Source of the DNA: Hypanus sabinus
Taxonomy: Eukaryota
Reading direction: 5' to 3'
NCBI RefSeq assembly: GCF_030144855.1
Contig: NC_082708.1
Location: 36,580,001-36,644,000, forward strand
DNA length: 64,000 nt
Shown: piece after piece, positions 38,871-52,029 of the stretch
Numbering within the stretch: the stretch's first letter is position 1
Layout: each line of letters begins with the position of its first letter
Program-made: the position numbers and the translations under genes
Notes under the pieces: model-generated
What the model was told of the DNA's origin: nothing
The model's database searches: none
Seen by the model: the letters and a program-made list of their open reading frames with translations, nothing else

Positions 38871-40889
38871 GTAATTTTGAGCAATGGTAAAATGGCTCAA
38901 ATTTCCTTAAATGTAAAATTCAAGTGCAACAGTCTAGTGGAGCGAATTTGCAACCAATAAATTAGCTTTTTTTCAAGTTAATGTTGTTATTATTTTATCA
39001 GAAAATAGACAAACATTATTGTAAGCTGTAGCAAAGCAACACTTGTGCCTGAATTACAGGGTGTGGCAAATCTCCCAGGGAGGCAGGGTGTTCTATCTCA
39101 GTTCAATACAATGAAGGTGATTATAAAGACAAGTGAAGGATTGTACATTTCTTTCCAGGACTGAAATATTAGAAAATAAGGAGAATTTTTCTGAGAAGTA
39201 CTTCGGTGAAAAAAAGTAACATTATCCTGTTACATGTCCTTGGGAAGGAGTTAAGAGGCATTGCCCAATCAAGGAGTTCAGATGATGTCACAAACCATGA
39301 GAATGAAGCTCAAGTGGTTCATCAACATAAAATGAACCCCAAGATTGAGTTACGCCCTATGGCTTCCTTATGAATATCTGTTATTGTCATAATACCTACT
39401 GCATGCTGTGTTTCGGGGGTGGGGAGCACTCAGTTGAGAGGTGTTGCATTACCTTTAGCTTCACAGCTGGCTGGCTGAGATCTTTGGTATATGTAGAGTA
39501 ATGTTAGCAGGATTAAAGCATTGCATATCAAGTAGAGAAGCTTTATTATTTCAGTAATCCATTGGGTTATTTACTCTACAGTACACATTATAGGATAATA
39601 GGTATCTTGGATGGATGGCAAGCACTGATATATTAAGAAGTTCAGGTGACATAAATCCTGTGAGTGGAGCTCAAGCATGCAGTGAATGTAATTCATATCA
39701 CAAGGCTTATTACTGCTCAGGAAAATGCCTACTTATTTGTTTCTGGCCAGTTTTTCCACTCTTGAGAAAATAAGATAATGATCAGGACACTGAGGTTTAC
39801 GCAACCTGGGTTGAAAATAATAAGGTATTAGAGAAGCTTATTCAGAAACTTATAAAATAATATCAGACTTGAAATTTGGGTTCTCTGGACATTGTACAAA
39901 GAAATGAAGAATGAGGTTTTGAATGAAAATGGTGAAAATGGAATATGAAGAAATACCGTGGGACAGTAGCTACAATTTAGAAGCTTAGAGCAATGGCAGA
40001 GCAAGGTTCAAAGCAACAATGAAAATAAACAATGATAAACTGAAATGAGATAAAGGCAGCTGAAATAAAGCTTTGAGATTGTGTTTGAGGAGTAAAAGGG
40101 ATGCTTTTGAGATGAAAAAGTATGATTAAAGATATATTGGATAATATAATCTTAGAGAGGAAAACTCAGATTAATATACTGCCCATCACAAAGATATTTA
40201 CAACCTACAAAATATTGTTGAGGTTGTAGTGTTGCTCGATAAAGTCTTTAAACCTCACTTGAGTGTGCAACATTGTATAAGTTTAACATTTAATTCAAAC
40301 AACAGCATACGCCTCAGTAAAAATGTTTTTCCGTTTTTGTGCTATTTTCCTTGTGACTCAAAATGAAGTGAAGTGTATGGGTGTCTGGCTTTTTGTAGGA
40401 AACAGTGGAGGATGCAAAGTGTGTTTTACATAGAGGATAAAAGATGATTCTTACTAACTTAAAGGGTAAATATTGAGAGAAACATAATTTGTAGATTTGA
40501 TTTCCTTTTTTTAATCTTGTTTACTATTTTGGCACTCATTTTTGAGCACCTAGCTAGAAATATCAAAAATTAAAACTTCTGCTTAGAAATCTGAATATAG
40601 TGAACCAAATTACATTGAGTCTTTCTATTCAGATGAATTATTCATAATTGGGATATTTTGGGGAGTGAATATGAGAAATCTCACTGCTGACCTCAACACC
40701 AGCATGAAAAATGAACTGTCTACAATACTAGAGATTGTGAAGCCATTCATTTATACTTATTTTAGTGAACTAATTTTGCTGTTAAGATGTCATGTAATCT
40801 TTATCCCTTTGAAGTTATTGGGGAAGATTCTTAAGAACAATATTTACTCTCATTTTCAGGTAACATTGACTTATTAGAGATAGTTAGCA

Positions 40890-41912
40890 TGGTTTTATGT
40901 GACTGAGTTTTTTTGAAAGGTAACAAAAATGATTGATATGAGTAGGACAGCAAACGTTGTTTACATGGACTTTAATAAAGCATTTGACAAGGTCCATCAT
41001 TGTAGACATGTGCAAAAGGTTAAATTACATGGGATCAATGATGAGTTGGTAAATTGGATAGAAGATTAGCTTTGTCATAGAAGACAGAAGGCAGAGTTGG
41101 AAGGGTGTTCTATTCATTGGAGGTTTATGACCAGTGGGATTCTGTAAGGAATGGTGCTGTTCCTTGCAGAATCCCATCTGCAAACAAGAGACAATCTGTA
41201 GATGCTGGATATTCAAGCAACACACACAAAATGCTGGAGGAACTCAGGAGGCCTGGCAGCATCTATGGAAAAGTGTACAGAAGATGTTTCTGGGTGAGGT
41301 CCTTCAGCAGGACCCTTCATTCCGTCGACTGTACTCTACATAAATGCTGCCTGGCCTGTTGAGAATCCCATCTGTCATTGTTTGTAAGACAAATACATAA
41401 ATGATTTGTTTGAAAATGTAAGTTTTCTGTTTAGGAAGTTGACAGATGACAGAAAATTGGTGGAATTGTAAAGCATTAAGAAGGTTGTCAAAGGATATAG
41501 CAGGATATAGATCAGACTGAAAGCTGGACAGAGAAATAGCTTACGGAGGCCAGTGAGTTGGTGGATTTTGGGAGGGCAAAAGGAGGAAGAAGCTACACAA
41601 CAAATAACAGGACTCTTTGGAGCATTGATTACAGAGGGACTTGGGGTGCAAATCCATAGTTCCTAGACATGGAAGGCAAGTTTTTAAACTGAGAACGGTA
41701 AGTGCCTGGAATGCACTGCCAAGTGAGGTAATAGAAGCAGATAAAATAGTAATGTTTAAGAGGCATATAGAGGCATATTAGTAAGAGGCATATTAAGAGG
41801 CACATGAAAAGACAGGGAATTGATAGATTCATTCTGTGTGCTGACAGGTGTGATTAGTTAGATTGACATCATGGTCGACATAGACTTAGTGGCCTGACGG
41901 GCCTGTTTCTGA
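40890..41912 (+). mobile_element. CR1 fragment with a nested fold-back element
   Basis: VYMDFNKAFDKV...; CR1 tail. Confidence 0.75.
41181..41361. mobile_element. Penelope-derived fold-back mini-element
   Basis: atctgtagatgctgg...ggaactcagg...gacccttcat; TSD AGAATCCCATCTG at 41168-41180 and 41362-41374. Confidence 0.8.
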
Positions 41913-41957
41913 GAAGTTAAATAATTTTTTACATTATGGTTTCTTAGCATGAATTGT

Positions 41958-42022
41958 TTCAATGTTATAAAACAATAAAACATGATAACTTCCAAGGGGG
42001 TGAATACTTTATATAGGCACTA
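41958..42022 (+). mobile_element. Outer part of a Tc1 TIR, displaced from its element
   Basis: Matches 48857-48921 (tcaatgtt..aaaacaataaaacatga...gggggtgaatactt..ataggcact). Confidence 0.85.
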
Positions 42023-42073
42023 TATATTCAAACCTCATTTTAAGTGACTTATGCATATAATTTCAAACAAGGT

Positions 42074-42348
42074 ACTGTTGTCCACAATTTGAAAGAGATT
42101 TATCTTTAATCTGTTTTCAAATAAAACAACCAAGATGCATTAAAAAGAAAGATAGATTGCATTGTACTTTACAACTTTCAGTCTTTTGGGCTATTTCATT
42201 ATTAGATGTAGCCTATTTTATTATCTAATTCTATTACAAAATTTAGAAAACTTAAAACACTTTCATTTCAAGGCGTTTCTTCAATCAAACCAGATATTTA
42301 ACAAAATGGCTATAAGCCTCTTTTACAAAGTATAATAGTCTTTAAGAA
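42074..42348 (+). repeat. Inverted duplication of host sequence (partner at 47269-47538)
   Basis: Near-identical reverse complement over about 270 bp. Confidence 0.92.
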
Positions 42349-43312
42349 CCTGTGAGGAAGGCAACCAAGAGACCTATGACAACTCTGGAGGAGTTAAAAG
42401 CTTCAGAGGCTGACATGAGAGAGACTGCACATACTACAACTGTTGCCTGGGTGCTTCACCAGTCACTGATTTATGGGAGAGTGGCAAAGAGAAAGCCACT
42501 GTTGAAAAAACTCATATGAAATCTTGACTAGAGTTTTCCAGAAGGCATGTGGGAGACTTTGAACTCAGCTGGAAGAAGCTTCTATGTTCTGATGAAACCA
42601 AAATTGATTTTTTTTTGGCCATCAAACTAAATGCTATATTTGGTATAAGCCAAGCACCTCATATCATCAAAAATACACCATCCCTACCATGAAGCATGGT
42701 GGTGGCTGCGTCATGCTTTGGGGATGCTTCCTTGCAGCAGGCCCTGGAAGGCTTGTGAAGGTAGAGGGTAAAATGAATGCAGTAAATACAGGGAAATACT
42801 GGAGGAAAAGCTGATGCAGTCTGCAAGTGAACTGCCACTTGTGAGAAGATCTGTTTTCCAGCATTACAATGACCCCAAGTCTAAAGCCAAAGCTACATAG
42901 GATTGGTTTAAAAAAAACAAAGTTGATGTTCCGGTGCGGCCAAGTCAGAGTCCACACTTCAATCCAATTGAGAATTTGTGGCTGGACTTGAAAAGGGCTG
43001 CTAACTCACAATCCTTATGCAACCTAACAGAGTTTGAGCAGTTTTGTAAAGAAGAATGGAGAAAATAGCAGAGTCCAGATGTGCAAAGCTGAGAGAGACC
43101 TATCCACACAGACTCAAGGCTATAATTGCTGTCAAAGGTGCATCTACTAAATACTGGCATGAAGGGGGGTGAATGTTCATGCAATCAATTAATTTGTGTT
43201 TTATATTTGTAATTGCTTTAGCAGATCACTTTGTAGAGATCAGTTTTCACTTTGACATGAAAGAGTCTTTTTCTGTTGATCAGTGTCAAAAAGAGCCAAC
43301 TTATATCCACTG
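42349..43312 (+). mobile_element. Tc1 transposon 3' half (DDE domain) with the inner part of the TIR
   Basis: [42 protein letters not shown] and PSQSP..NPIENLW. Confidence 0.92.
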
Positions 43313-44790
43313 TTCAGCCTAATTTTGTTGGACTAGATAAATTATTGGAGTGCGGTTAAAGTTCTAAGACATATCTAAGTCAAATGTTAGGCTACCATGG
43401 AATGGTGTAACTAGCCCAAAATAAAGGTAAAGAGATAAAAATAAGGCAGTAGTTACAAAATACAGCTTAGCAAACAAGATTATGATGACATTTGTAGTTT
43501 GCGTTTCTTGCTGGTTTCCTTGATTAACGAGCACAATTGGCTCAGGCTATAAAACAAAATGTATATCATTTTGTCCTCGTGGCAATATTCCCACATGTTT
43601 ATATTTTTCTCTTACCATGTTCCTTCAAACTTTTTAGGAGACATAGGTTTCTAGGATGAATGTTATTGAATCATATGAGCAATCCCAAGAGATTGTCCAT
43701 GCTTGAATGATCCTTCAGGATATGTTAAGGTTGAAGAGTTGTCCCAAATACTGAATAAAATAGAAAATGAATGTTTGATTGGTGAATGCCTTAGACAAAG
43801 GATATGTATAGAAATTTGTTTCTCACATTAATGGCATCTAAAATATAATGCATCTCAATATATAGAGCCCACTATTAAAAAAAAATTCTTTCATGGATGC
43901 ATTCCAGGTTGCTATTGTAATACAAATGACCAGCCTTTTTATCAATATTCTTCCAAGCACTGTGTGTACTTTCCAGTCTCATGAACAACCTCACTGATTT
44001 CACTTTGATCACATGATTGGGCAACAAAAGCAAGAGGATCTTCTAACAAGTGCAATCTTGAACATGATGACCTATTCACATTGACATTAAAAGTCATATT
44101 GACACATCAGTGGGCCTCAGTTTCTGGAACTGCTGTTTCAACAAATGGTTTGGAAGACTGCAGTATTTTACTATATTATAAAACTTCTACAATGGAAGTT
44201 TCAGAATTGTATCTGAATGCATCCAAAAGATTAAAGCCAATTACATTTCCTTAGTGAAGACAATTACTGATATGAAATTGCTCTACTTCTATTATTCCAC
44301 CAGTATTCATTGTAAACATTACTGACATGTTGAAAGAATTATAAAGGACAATGTATAATTCTAAAATATTAAGAACAGGAGGAAATGGATGTCTTTTATT
44401 CCCTTGCCCACCATTGCTCTGCTGGCGTTTGTAGCTGTGGCAAAGCATTTGAATGTCCTAGGTTGCAATGTGTTAACATCAATTGCACTTGATGCCCAGA
44501 TTTCCAGTGCCCAAATTTTCTAGATTGGCTAAATTGTTGGCCCTCTATTTTATCACCTGTCAAGGCTCCTAAGTTTTTTGAAATATTTCATAAATACACA
44601 TTTTAGGAAATAACATTGCATTACTGTCTTCAAAGACATTTTAAATAAGTAACTTTATTATCTTTTCCACACAGTTCTGAAGCTTCCATTGAAATAAATG
44701 AGCAGAGTCCACAGTGGGAAGTTTTGGGGCTTCTCACCAAGTTTGAGTTACAGCACTGAACTCCAAGTTGGATTCAGTGGCAGAGCAAAT

Positions 44791-45013
44791 TGATACACCA
44801 TCAATAACTCTGAGACGTGGGTTAAGGTAGGCTTTTATTGACTGGAAGAAAGCACAAGCAGCAAGTGACCATCATACAACATCCTGGAGCCTGAGGAAGG
44901 GTCTGTGGCTCCAGTCGCCTTTATACCGGGGTCTGTGGGAGGAGCCACAGGAGCAGTCAGCGGCGGGGGGTGGGGGGGGTGCATGTCCAGACAGGTATAT
45001 GTAGTTCACCACA
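44791..45013 (-). mobile_element. Gypsy solo LTR
   Basis: TGATACACC...TTCACCACA and 5-bp TSD CAAAT. Confidence 0.95.
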
Positions 45014-46309
45014 CAAATTGACCGATTTTACCAGGTGGAACCTGGGGACTTGCATATATGAATGTTTCTGTGCTGGAGTTTGAATTTACCAGCATTTATA
45101 GGGATAAGTGATGGCAGATCACTGTTAGAATTGGCAGTATTTACCAGCAAGCTTTGATTCAGTGTAGATCAATCAAGTCACTGAAATGAAAAAAAAATCA
45201 AGGGCAGGGTGTAATGTGATGGTTCCATTACAGGAATACTTATCCAAAGGCCTGCAGAATTACCCAGAAAGTATGAGTTGAAGTCATGTCATGGGGACAT
45301 TGAGAAATTTAATGTGGTTTTATTATTTACACAATGGCTGCAGTCAAAGTGAGTGCAAAATTGGTGAGTAGTTGCAAAACTGTCCCAACACGATTGCTCT
45401 GTGATGTGCACATAGTCCATAAGTTGCAACAAAGCATCCTGAAGAATGTGGCATGAAGTGCAGCTGTAACTACCATATCCTTAAGACTACCTGGGATTAC
45501 CAATAACTTCCAACTTTGCTCACAATAATTCCAGAAAACGTGTTATAGAATCCTAGCTTGGAGGCCAAGTTACCCACAGTGGCACTGCTGATCCTTTGAC
45601 AGAGATATCCAATAAATCCCACTCTGCGGCTCAAAACTAGCAATAAAATAAAAATTGTGCCAGAGTGTGGCTGGCACAGAGTAGATGAGTAATCATGATT
45701 ACAGGACTTGAAGTTTAGTGCTATGCATTTAGAAAACCTTCTTTATTAAATTTACATGGACTTTTAGTGCTTTGTTCTCCATCAACTCTAGCAGCAGCCC
45801 AAAGGTATGCTTCCTGTTGTACTTTCATGCAGAGAATATATCACCCAGAGGAGAGAAAGAGAAAAATATAATTAACAAACATGTCACCTACCACGTTGTT
45901 TGATAAGATATATTTCAGATTTCCTTAAATAATTTACCTGTCTTTTTATGTGGATGCACAAGCAATAGTAAACAAGAAACCTATTCAAATTCAAAGCAGA
46001 TATCACACTGAATACATGGAAGAGTATAATTTACAGTAAAACTGGCTGGTGTTGTGGATCAGTTTTCTCTTATAGAAACAGCTTTGTTTTTATGTCTTTT
46101 AGCTTCCATTCTTCTCCAGACAACAGGGTATGTCCACAGCAATAAAATATAAAGTATTGATTTACGATTGCATCCACATAACGGTTGTCAAAACAGAGCA
46201 CAAATTTAAACTTGAATACCAATGATAATGCTGTTAAATCTGCCCCTAAGTGCAACGCTGGCAATTGCTATTTTGAACCAAAAATAAAAGTATAAATGCC
46301 AAAAATACA

Positions 46310-46770
46310 CAGTCATAGAACTCAACAGCATAGAAATGGGCCCTTTGGCCCACTTAGTCCAAACCATTCCAAGCTATTAAACTACCTTGTCCCATCAACT
46401 TGCAGCTGGACGATTCCCATCCTAGCCACATACCTATCTAAATTTCTCTTAAATGTTGCAATCAAACCCACATCCACCACTTCCACTGGTAGCTTGTTTC
46501 ATACTCTCGAGTGAATAAGTTTCCCCTCATGTTTCCCTTAAATATTTCACCTTTCTTCTTAGCCCATGATTTCCAGTTCTTTTCTCACCCACCCTTCGTG
46601 GGAAAAGACTGCTTACATTTACCTAATCTATACCCTTCGTATACCTCCGTCAAATCTCCCCTCACTCTTCTACGCTGTAGAGAATAAATTCATAATCCAT
46701 TCAACCTTTCCCTACAACTTAGGTCCCCAAGTCCCGGCGACATCATTGTAAATGTTCTCTGCACTTGTGG
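46310..46770 (-). mobile_element. CR1 3' end
   Basis: CR1 tail pattern, as at 36115. Confidence 0.7.
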
Positions 46771-47268
46771 ATAGGCGGATAGAATTAAAGGTTTAAACAC
46801 TTGGCTGGCTAAAATCCACTCTTTGGGCATATTTTCGGCAGAATGTTTAATTTGAATGAGGGACGTGTCTCAGGAGGAAATAGTGGCTATTATCGTGATC
46901 TTCAGTCACAGTCTCATAATATTGGTTGTCAGCTTGAGTTGTAAAAGTACAAATTTTGAACACATCCCAGATCCAGTTAGAATTAGAATGATGAAATGGT
47001 CTAAAAGAATTTGGAAAAATCTAATAATTTTATTAAAAGTTAATTGAGAAAACATAAACATTAGGTTTTTCCAAAATCTTTATTGAATTTTTTTTGTAAG
47101 TTGACTAGATCACAGATATCGATGGTTTTTATTTGAAACTGGCATAATATTTAATGAGGATTCATTTTCAGGTATTGCAGTTCTTCACCGCTGAGTAATT
47201 TCAACATCATTTTTGGAAAGTGGTTAATGTAAAGAAAATACTCATTTTGATCACTACTTTTCAGCTGT

Positions 47269-47538
47269 TTCTTAGAGACTATTATACTTTGTAAAAGAGG
47301 CTTATAGCCATTTTGTTAAATATCTGCTTTGATTGAAGAAAAGACTTGAAAGTGTTTTAAGTTTTCTAAATTTTGTAATAGAATTAGATAATAAAATAGG
47401 CTACATCTAATAATGAAACAGCCCAAAAGACTGGAAGTTGTAAAGTACAATGCAATCTATCTTTCTTTTTAATGCATCTTGGTTGTTTTATTTGAAAACA
47501 GATTAAAGATAAATCTCTTTCAAATTGTGGACAACAGT
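47269..47538 (-). repeat. Inverted duplication of host sequence (partner at 42074-42348)
   Basis: Near-identical reverse complement. Confidence 0.92.
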
Positions 47539-47746
47539 TATTATATGCACGGCTACTTAGTTTGAGGACAGCCGCTCTGGGCAGATTTAGAGCTGTGCCA
47601 TATTCTTTCCATTTCTTGATGACTGCCTTAACTGTATTCCGAGGGATATTCAGTGACTTGGAGATTTTCTTGTATCCATCTCCTGACTTGTGCTTTTCAG
47701 TAACCTTTTCGCAGAGTTGCTTGGAGTGTTCTTTTGTCTTTATGGT

Positions 47747-47925
47747 CACACAAATGAATCTGCAGATGCTGGAAATAAATAAAAACACAAAATGCTGGCA
47801 GGACTCAGCAGGCCAGACAGCATCCATGGGAGGAGGTAGTGATGATGTTTCAGCCCAAAACGTCGTCACTACCTCCTCCCATAGATGCTGTCTGGCCTGC
47901 TGAGTTCTGCCAGCATTTTGTGTTC
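47747..47925. mobile_element. Fold-back mini-element with 12-bp TSD
   Basis: About 67-bp inverted arms at 47784-47924; TSD TGTCTTTATGGT at 47735-47746 and 47926-47937. Confidence 0.9.
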
Positions 47926-48044
47926 TGTCTTTATGGTGTAGTTTTTACCAGTTGGACCTTTCAGACACAGGTGTATTTTTACTATGGTCAGTTGAAACAC
48001 TTTGACAGCACACAGGTCTCTAAAAACAGGGCTTCATTTAACTA

Positions 48045-48632
48045 CAAAGAAGAGAAAATCTGTAAATGCTGAAAATCCAAGCAACACACATTAAATGCTG
48101 GAGGAACTCAGCAAGCCAGGCAGCATCTGTGGAAAAAGGTACAGTCAACGTTTCAGACCAAGAACCTGTGGCGGGTCTGGAGAACAAAAGCTGAGGAATA
48201 GAATTAAAATGTGGAGGGAGGGGAGAGATAAACACAAGGTGATAGGTGAAACCTGAAGTGAGAGGGATGAAGTAGAGAGCTGGGAAGTTGACTGAAGAAG
48301 CAGGAGTCTGATAGAAGAGGACAGAAGGCCATGGAAGAAAGAAAAGGGGTGAGGGCACCAGAGGGAGGTGATGGGCAGGCAAGGAGATAAGGTGAGAGAG
48401 GGAAATGGGGATGGGGAATAGTGAAGGGTGGGGGGGGGGGCGGGAGAGGGCATTACCAGAAGTTTGAGAAATCGATGTTCATGCCATCAGGTTGGAGGCT
48501 ACCCAGATACAATATAAGGTGTTGTTCCTCCAGCCTAAGTGTAGCCTCATCATGACAGTGGAGGGGAACATGAACAGACTTATCGGAATGGGAATGGGAA
48601 ATCAAATGGATTGGGAATGGGAAGTGGAATTA
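48045..48632 (-). mobile_element. Penelope-like 3' fragment (GIY-YIG C-terminus and pLTR)
   Basis: Homologous to 19741-20232; RLEEQHLILYLGSLQPDGMNIDF. Confidence 0.88.
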
Positions 48633-49692
48633 CATATCTCCATTTAACTAATTATGTGACTTCTAAAACCAATTGGCTGCACCAGTTATGATTTGGTTTG
48701 TCATAATAAAGGGGGTGAATATTTATACAATCTGTTATTTTGTGTTTTATATTTGTAATTGATTTAGATCACTTTGTAGAGATCTCTTTTCACTTCGACA
48801 CGAAATAGTCCTTTTCTGCTGATCAGTGTCAAAAAAGCCTAATTAATTCACTGTGATTCAATGTTGCAAAACAATAAAACATGAAAATTTCAAAGGGGGT
48901 GAATACTTTTTATAGGCACTATACAGGATTGTTGTGTAAATGTTCATTGAATTACCTAAAGTAAACAGTGAAATGTTGTATCTAATCTCTTCAGAATACA
49001 GAGAAGGCTGGAGATTGCATTGCCCAGTTACTGAACCCTTGGCCTAATATCAATTAACTAATTTCTAAAATTGCTGTGGTGCAAAACCTTACTATTTCTT
49101 TCTGTAGTATTTATAAAGAACCAACTGTGAATTAAATTTTGATTGACACCGCCTATCCTTTGATTATTCAATATGACATTTTAAAAGTATTTTCCAAATA
49201 TAATATGTCATCCTTTGCAATTTGTTGCAACATTCCATTGAATAAAAATCATTGTGCATCTTTGTAATTATGAATAGAATTTTACACAGCCAATGGGCAT
49301 TGGCTCTATGATGAATTAACAGAGCTATCTTGTATGAATAGGCTTTGGTGGCCTTTCTTCTGGTTCCATTGTTTTTACAGTGGTTTAGAATTATCTTTGT
49401 TCAGCTCATTCTTTGAGAATATAATATTTATGAATATGTAAATGAATTTAAATACCAAGCCATTTTGTAAAGATAGGAATGCCTTTTGCTTTGTTGACTG
49501 TTAAACATGGGTATGTAAGGCATTTGCATTGACGCTTGACTTAAAATAGTTTGCAGTAAATCACTGACTACAGGTAGGAGATTATTTCCACAGTTCGTTG
49601 TCATTGAGACAAAAGACTAAATTTTAACTTCTTGATATGCTGGACACAGGAGAGCAAATGTTCTGCACTGTGTTTGTAAGAGGGACTTAAAT

Positions 49693-51225
49693 TTAAGACC
49701 ATAAGGCCAGAAAATACAGGAGCAGAATTAGGCCATTTGGCCTATTGAGTCTACTCCACCATTTCATCATGGTTGATCCATTTTTCCTCTCAGCCTCAAT
49801 GTTCTGCTTCTCCCCGTATCCCTTCATACCCTGAGGTGATCTATCAACCTCTGCCTTAAATATACATAAAGACTTGGCCTCCACAGCTGCCTTTGACAAC
49901 AAATTGCACAGATTCACCACTCTGGCTGAAGAATTCCTCCTCAACTCTATTCTAAAAGGACAGCCTTCTATTCTGAGGCTGTGCACTCTGGTCTTAGGCT
50001 CACCCATCATAAGAAACATCCTCTCCACATTCAAGCTATCAAGGCCTTTCACCACTCATTAGGTTTCTATTAGGTTACCCCTTATTTTCTGAATTCCAGT
50101 GAATACAGGTACAGAGCTATCAAACTGTCTTTATATGACAAGCCATTTAATCCTGATATCATCTTTGTGAATCTCCTTTGAACCCTTCCAGGTTCAGCAC
50201 ATTCTTTCTAAGATAAGGGACCCAAAACTGCTCACAATACTTCAAATGAGGCTTCACCAGTGCTTTATAAAGTCTCAACATTATATCCTTGCTTTTATAT
50301 TCTAGTCCTCTTGACATAAATGCCAATTTCGCATTTGACTTCCTCAGCACAGACTCAATCTGCAAATTAACCTTTAGGGAATCCTGCACAAGGACTCCTA
50401 AGACCTTTGCACCTCAGTTTTTTTTGTATTTTTTCTCCATTTAGAAAACAGTCAACCTTTTCCTTTTGTCTACCAAAGTACATGACCATACACTTCCCTA
50501 TACTGTCTTCCACCTTCCATTTCTTTGCCCATTCTTCTCATCTATCTAACTCCTTCTGTGTCCACTCTATTTCCTCAAAACTACCTGCCCCTCCACCTAT
50601 CTTCATATTGTCTGCAAAGTTTGCAACAAAGCCATCAATTCCATCATCCAAATCATTGACATATAATGTAAAAAGAATCAGTCTCAACACAGACCCCTGT
50701 GGGACACCACTAGTCACTGGCAGCCAGCCAGAAAAGGCTCCCTTTATTCCCACTCTTTGCTTCTGCCTATCAACCACTGCTTTCTCCATGCTAGAATCTT
50801 TCCAGCAACACCATGGGTTCATACTTGTTAAGCAGCCTCATGTGTGGCACCTTGTTAAAGGCCTTCTGAAAATCCAAATACACAACATGAACCAATTCTT
50901 CTTTATCTATCCTGCTTGTTATTTCTTCAAAGAATTCCAACAGATTTGTTAGGCAAGATTTTCCCTTGAGGAAACCACTCTGACTACGGTCTATTTTACC
51001 ATGTACCTCCAAGTACCCTGAAACCATATCGTTAACAATCGACTGCAACATCTTCCCGACCACTGAGGTGAGACTAACTTCCTTTCTTCTGCCTCTCTCC
51101 CTTCTTGTAGAGTGGAATTTTCCAGTCTTCCAGGATCTAGTGATTCTTGAAAGATCATTACTAATGCTTCCACAAGCTCTTCAGCCACCTCTTTCAGAAC
51201 CCTGGGATGCACACCATCTGGTACA
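49693..51225 (-). mobile_element. CR1 LINE RT fragment
   Basis: PDGVHPRVLKE, GKSCLTNLLEFF, GVPQGSV and LVKPHLKYC. Confidence 0.9.
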
Positions 51226-52029
51226 TTCAACTCCATCCTGCGTGTTTGCTGCTTTTTTTTAGCTGGCAAAGGAAAACCTCCCAAAGCACATTTTCTGGTA
51301 TCGTTGGCTTCCTTGATGGCCTTTCTTGAGGAAAGTTGACTTTGGCTAAAGTACTTCTGGGCTGTTTTAACTAGCTGATGGGGCACAACTATATTTCTGC
51401 TCCAAGCATCTCAATATTACTGCATGAACAATGCCCATTGTTTCATCAAGAATGCCTCTATGCTCCCACCAAGCTTTATGGGTAAATTCCAGAAAGATTA
51501 AGAAATCTATGAACCTAGAATTGAATTCCAAAACCGCTATTTAGATCACTCTTTTTGCCGAATGATTAGAAATATTTAAATTGAGAGCCTACCTTCCCTA
51601 AGGACATCTTGATTGCAGTCTGACCCACTCAGCTCAATTCCTGCAGCTGGCACATTCCCAATGCATATCTAATTTTGCAGATTTATTTTTCTGCAGTTTC
51701 CAAACCTGGCCTGTTGACACAGATTAATATTCCCCATATTCAGTTGTGATTCTGAAATATAATTATATCGACCTTGCTCATTAGGCCCAGAAACATGAAT
51801 ATGAAGATTGAACTCTTTAGCTCAACATAAGTACAGCACACTCCGGATGAAGAGTTTCCTTATACCTTACGTTATACATTTATGAGACATACAGTATCCC
51901 TTTCAAATCACCTCTTGCAATGCATTCTTTCCCAAAAATAGAAAACAAGTATTAGAGAGGATATTTTGTTATTAATGGTGCTTATGATGTAAGAAATAGA
52001 TACATAGTTCAATATGTTCAATATGTTCA

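Larger units (their letters stand above)
47546..48921 (-). mobile_element. Tc1 transposon 5' half (TIR and N-terminal HTH) with two nested insertions
   Basis: KTKEHSKQLCEKVTEKHKSGDGYKKISKSLNIPRNTVKAVIKKWKEYGTALNLPR...KLSSRA; TIR about 48700-48921 followed by TA. Confidence 0.92.

Noticed and set aside
40633-40859. Open frame between ag and gt (DELFIIGIFWG...SHFQ)
   Set aside because: Hydrophobic, AT-driven composition typical of random intronic ORFs, and no phase-compatible open neighbours were established.
41758-41805. Short repeats of agaggcatat
   Set aside because: Slippage duplication within a CR1 3' end; no spacers, so not CRISPR-like.
47384-47869. 161-aa ORF with a Tc1 HTH
   Set aside because: It is a chance fusion of the hairpin element, the Tc1 N-terminus and host flank.
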